The position numbers and the translations under genes are program-made. Of a stretch of 64,000 nt of DNA, positions 57,662 through 64,000 are shown piece after piece (the stretch's first letter is position 1; each line of letters starts with the position of its first letter). The notes under the pieces were generated by a model. It was not told the origin of the DNA, searched no databases, and saw nothing but the letters and a program-made list of their open reading frames with translations. The stretch comes from the human T2T-CHM13v2.0 reference genome, Homo sapiens, in NCBI RefSeq assembly GCF_009914755.1, contig NC_060938.1; one strand, 5' to 3'.

Positions 57662-57847
57662 GGGTTGCCAGGTACTGTATGGGACATGCAGTTCATTCAG
57701 GTTTCAGATACACAACAGACGATATTTTGGTGTAAGTATATCCCAGATGTTGCATGGGATATACTTATGCCAAAAGTTATTCATTGTTTGTCTGAAATTC
57801 AAATTGAACAGGTACTCTGTAGTTTCATTTGCTAAATCTTGCAGCCC
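57662..57847. mobile_element. MER53 palindromic MITE
   Basis: GGGTTGCCAG...TAAGTATATCCC-AGATGTTGCAT-GGGATATACTTA...TTGCAGCCC. Confidence 0.8.
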
Positions 57848-57983
57848 TGCTGGGAACCCACATAGCTGAGAAGCTCTATCCAGGCCTCAGTCAGGACTGT
57901 ACTCAGGGGGGTGTCCTTACACCCAGGGAAATCAGCTTGGAGGAGCCCAGGGCTAGAATGCCTGGTGTTGAAATGGCCTCAGG

Positions 57984-58278
57984 GGCCAGGCGCGGTGGCT
58001 CACGCCTGTAATTCCAGCACTTTGGGAGGCCAAGATGGGCAGATCACCTGAGGTCAGGAGTTCGAGACCAGCTTGGCCAACATGGTGAAACCCCATCTCT
58101 ACTAAAAGTACAAAAATTAGCTGGCCGTGGTGGCATGTGCCTGCAATCCCAACTACTCAGGAGGCTGAGGCAGGACAATCATTGGATCCCAGGAGGTAGA
58201 AGTTGTAGTGAGCTGAGATCGTACCACTGCACTCCAGCATGGGTGACAGAGCGAGACTCCATCTCAAAAAAAAAAAAC
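57984..58278 (+). mobile_element. Alu (AluSx-like), intron 5
   Basis: Full length; TSD GAAATGGCCTCAG. Confidence 0.95.
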
Positions 58279-58860
58279 AGAAATGGCCTCAGCAAAGTTT
58301 GCCCACATGGGTGCCTGTGCCCCACCAGTGTGGGCTGAAGGGGGCCGGCCCTGCCTGCGGAGGGCTGTGCTCATTGACCAGACTGAGATGACTGGCAAGT
58401 CCTAGGCCCAGTGAACACTAAGTTTCCTCCTGCTCAGGCCAGAGCCCCGCCCCTCCTGTATCCATGCAGCCCTGTGGACCCACCTCAGGTGTGGTCTTCA
58501 CTGTAGTCACGCAGCGCCCAGGGGAGGGCCTTCCCTCCCCCAAGGTCACGGCCCGGTTCCATTGTGTGCCACCTCCCCAGGCCTTGGTGCACGTTACTCG
58601 ATGGGAGTGGGCATACTCGCCCTTCCCCTTCCCCAGGGGCGTGCGGGTGCCTGGTGACCCGGGGGCAGCCTGGCAGGGCGCAAGGCACTGACCTGGGAGC
58701 TGCCACTCTTAGGTCGCTATCCCTGGCTATGTGGGTCACATGTCAGCCACAGCTGGCTATGGCCTGGCTCAGAGTCCCAGGTGGGCTGAGCGGGGCTGGT
58801 ACACTGGCGCTGACCCAGGCTGCCCCGCCTGCGTGTTGGTGGTGGCAGCAGCAGGCTTAG

Positions 58861-59163
<303 letters not shown>

Positions 59164-59445
59164 TGAGACTCCAGGGAGCAGCAAGGACCCAGGGGTTGGA
59201 AAGGGAGGTGGCGCCTAGAGCGGGCAGCCTGGGGGCCGGGCTGGGCCCTGGGGGCAAAGCCAGGGCCACAGGACCCAGAAGGACGGGGCTCCAAAGACCA
59301 GTGCGGCCCACAGCCGGCCTTACTGTCCTGGGCCCCAGCTGCCCAGTCCCCATCAGGTGGGCTTCAGAGGCCTCAGGGCTTGGTGAGGGGCTAAGAGGCT
59401 GAATTCTCGTCAAGCTCAGGCCTTCCCCTCATTCCCTGAACCTTG

Positions 59446-59947
<502 letters not shown>

Positions 59948-60079
59948 TGAGGTCTTAGACCATGGGGGGGGGAGCCTGCCCTTGGCCCCAACCCATCCTC
60001 TGCCCAGGGGAGGTGGCCGCTTTTTCCTGCCTCTTCCTCAAGCCCCCATCCCTCCCTCTCCGGCTCCCTTCTCCCTTGA

Positions 60080-60886
<807 letters not shown>

Positions 60887-61049
60887 TAGGACGGGGGCTG
60901 GTCTCTGCTGGGGAGAGGGGCAGGTGGCACATGGAACTTGTGTGCGCGTCCTGCCCGTGCGTGGCCAGGGCAGCCTGGCCCTTGCTCTGGGCTCGGCGCC
61001 TGTGGTTGAGGTGGGGACGGGGGAGGAGCAGGGCAGGGGCTACCTCTGA

Positions 61050-61581
<532 letters not shown>

Positions 61582-61920
61582 GTGAGTGAGGGAGGTAGCC
61601 CCCATCCCAGGCCACGGAGCCTCGCCTCCACCTGAGCCTTCTGACTTGGGCCCAGCAGTGCCCTCTGCAGGCCGCCATGGGAAGTGCACACTGCATCCCC
61701 TAGGCAGGATTGTAGGCGGGTAATAGCCCCATGCTGCCCCAGCTAGGGGCTGTCCAGGCTCCCAGGGACAGAGCGCTGGGACCTCCCCCCACAAGGCCAC
61801 AGACAAGTAGTGGCTAAACCAGTGGGCCCTGACTCTCAGCCCCCGAGTCCTTTCCTGCTGCGGGTGTCCAGCACTGGCCCGAGGGAGCTGGCTGGACCCG
61901 ACCCATCCTGCATCTCCTGA

Positions 61921-62265
<345 letters not shown>

Positions 62266-62378
62266 TAGTGCCACCAACCAAGGGAGAGGCTGTCCCGGGG
62301 GCTCCCAGCAGGGAGACAGAGAAGGGAGGCATCCCAGCCCTACCTCTGCCCTGAACCGTGAGCCACAGGGAGCCATGA

Positions 62379-62555
<177 letters not shown>

Positions 62556-62616
62556 TGAGCATGGCCGCCCTCAGACCCCAGGGCCTGGGCCCCAGGTGGG
62601 AGGAGAGCAGGAATAG

Positions 62617-63141
<525 letters not shown>

Positions 63142-63206
63142 TAAGAGCACCTAAGGGTGCCAGCCTTCACCACCACTCCGGAAACCACCCTGCTGCCACC
63201 ACCTCG

Positions 63207-63485
63207 TGCACACACCTACTGGACGCACAGACACACGCATGCCCACCGCCACTCGGGCACGTGCACACACACAAGCACACTGCCACTCTCCAGCACGCGC
63301 ACACACAAGCACACCGCCACTCAGGCACGTGCACACACGCATGCACACCGCCACTCGGGCACGTGCACACACACAAGCCCACAAGCACAGTCACACACAT
63401 GCACACAGGACACACAGACACACGTACACACCCCCCCAACACACACACCCTCACATACATGTACAGACATAAGTGCACACACACG
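63207..63485. repeat. CA-rich imperfect tandem repeat in intron 13
   Basis: About four ~33-bp units like CACCGCCACTCGGGCACGTGCACACAC, plus CA runs. Confidence 0.85.
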
Positions 63486-63784
63486 GGCACCATCTCTGAA
63501 AGGGGAATCCATGGGGACCTGCCACAGCCACTGGGCAGGGAGAGGGACAGGTACGGACCAGTGAGGCACAGCTCACGTCTGTCAGGCACACTGTAGGTGT
63601 CCACTCCCGTCGGTGGAGGGTTTGCAGCCCCCAGGCCCTGTCCTGTGATCCTTCCGGTGCTGGGCTGAGCCTGGGGAGGAGCCAGGGAGTGCAGGGGCAC
63701 TGGCAAGCAGGACCACACCCCACCGCCAGGGCATCTGGGGGCTCCGAACCAAGAGCCCCTCTCCAGCCCTGGCTGCCCCTGCAG

Positions 63785-63855
63785 GCCTGCTCACCAGCCG
63801 CCAGCTGCCCATCTTCTGCCAGCTGATCCTGAGAATTGGGAACTTCCTCAACTAC
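63785..63855 (+). CDS. INF2: INF2 exon 14 (FH2, GNFLN motif)
   Basis: [23 protein letters not shown]; 71 nt; donor |GTAAGT. Confidence 0.97.
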
Positions 63856-63925
63856 GTAAGTCGGGGCAGCTCCCCATCCCACCTGGTGCCAGGGGCTGGT
63901 GAGACTCACTCCCTGCCCCTCCCAG

Positions 63926-64000
63926 GGCAGCCACACCGGTGACGCCGACGGCTTCAAGATCAGCACATTGCTGAAGCTCACGGAGACCAAGTCCCAGCAG
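63926..64000 (+). CDS. INF2: INF2 exon 15 (partial, truncated by window; conserved Lys792)
   Basis: [25 protein letters not shown]. Confidence 0.96.

Noticed and set aside
63856-63925. 70-nt intron 14 as a second mirtron
   Set aside because: Only a 7-bp GGGGCAG/CTGCCCC stem, and the intron ends do not pair.

Overview
Primate, almost certainly human, genomic DNA from the INF2 locus (14q32.33 by recall). The right part holds the 5' two-thirds of INF2 (inverted formin 2) on the + strand: a CpG-island promoter with non-coding exon 1 (donor after 42588) and coding exons 2-15. These splice GT-AG in frame into 795 codons (N-terminal helix, DID, polyproline FH1, first part of FH2), and the gene runs off the window end. 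MIR4710 lies on the - strand at 30542-30597. The left ~28 kb is intergenic and packed with Alus, old L1 fragments, solo LTRs, DNA-transposon relics, minisatellites and microsatellites. Nearly all ORF-track entries are repeat- or GC-driven artefacts. I see no new protein-coding or CRISPR-like system. The best leads are an isoform-control layer inside INF2 (an in-frame alternative 5' coding exon, an L1-polyadenylated DID-only isoform, a recursive splice site at exon 7, a mirtron-like intron 3, a G4-laden intron 9) and tandem repeats seeded at transposon insertion junctions. Repeat subfamily names and recalled annotations come from memory, not database searches, and repeat boundaries are approximate.
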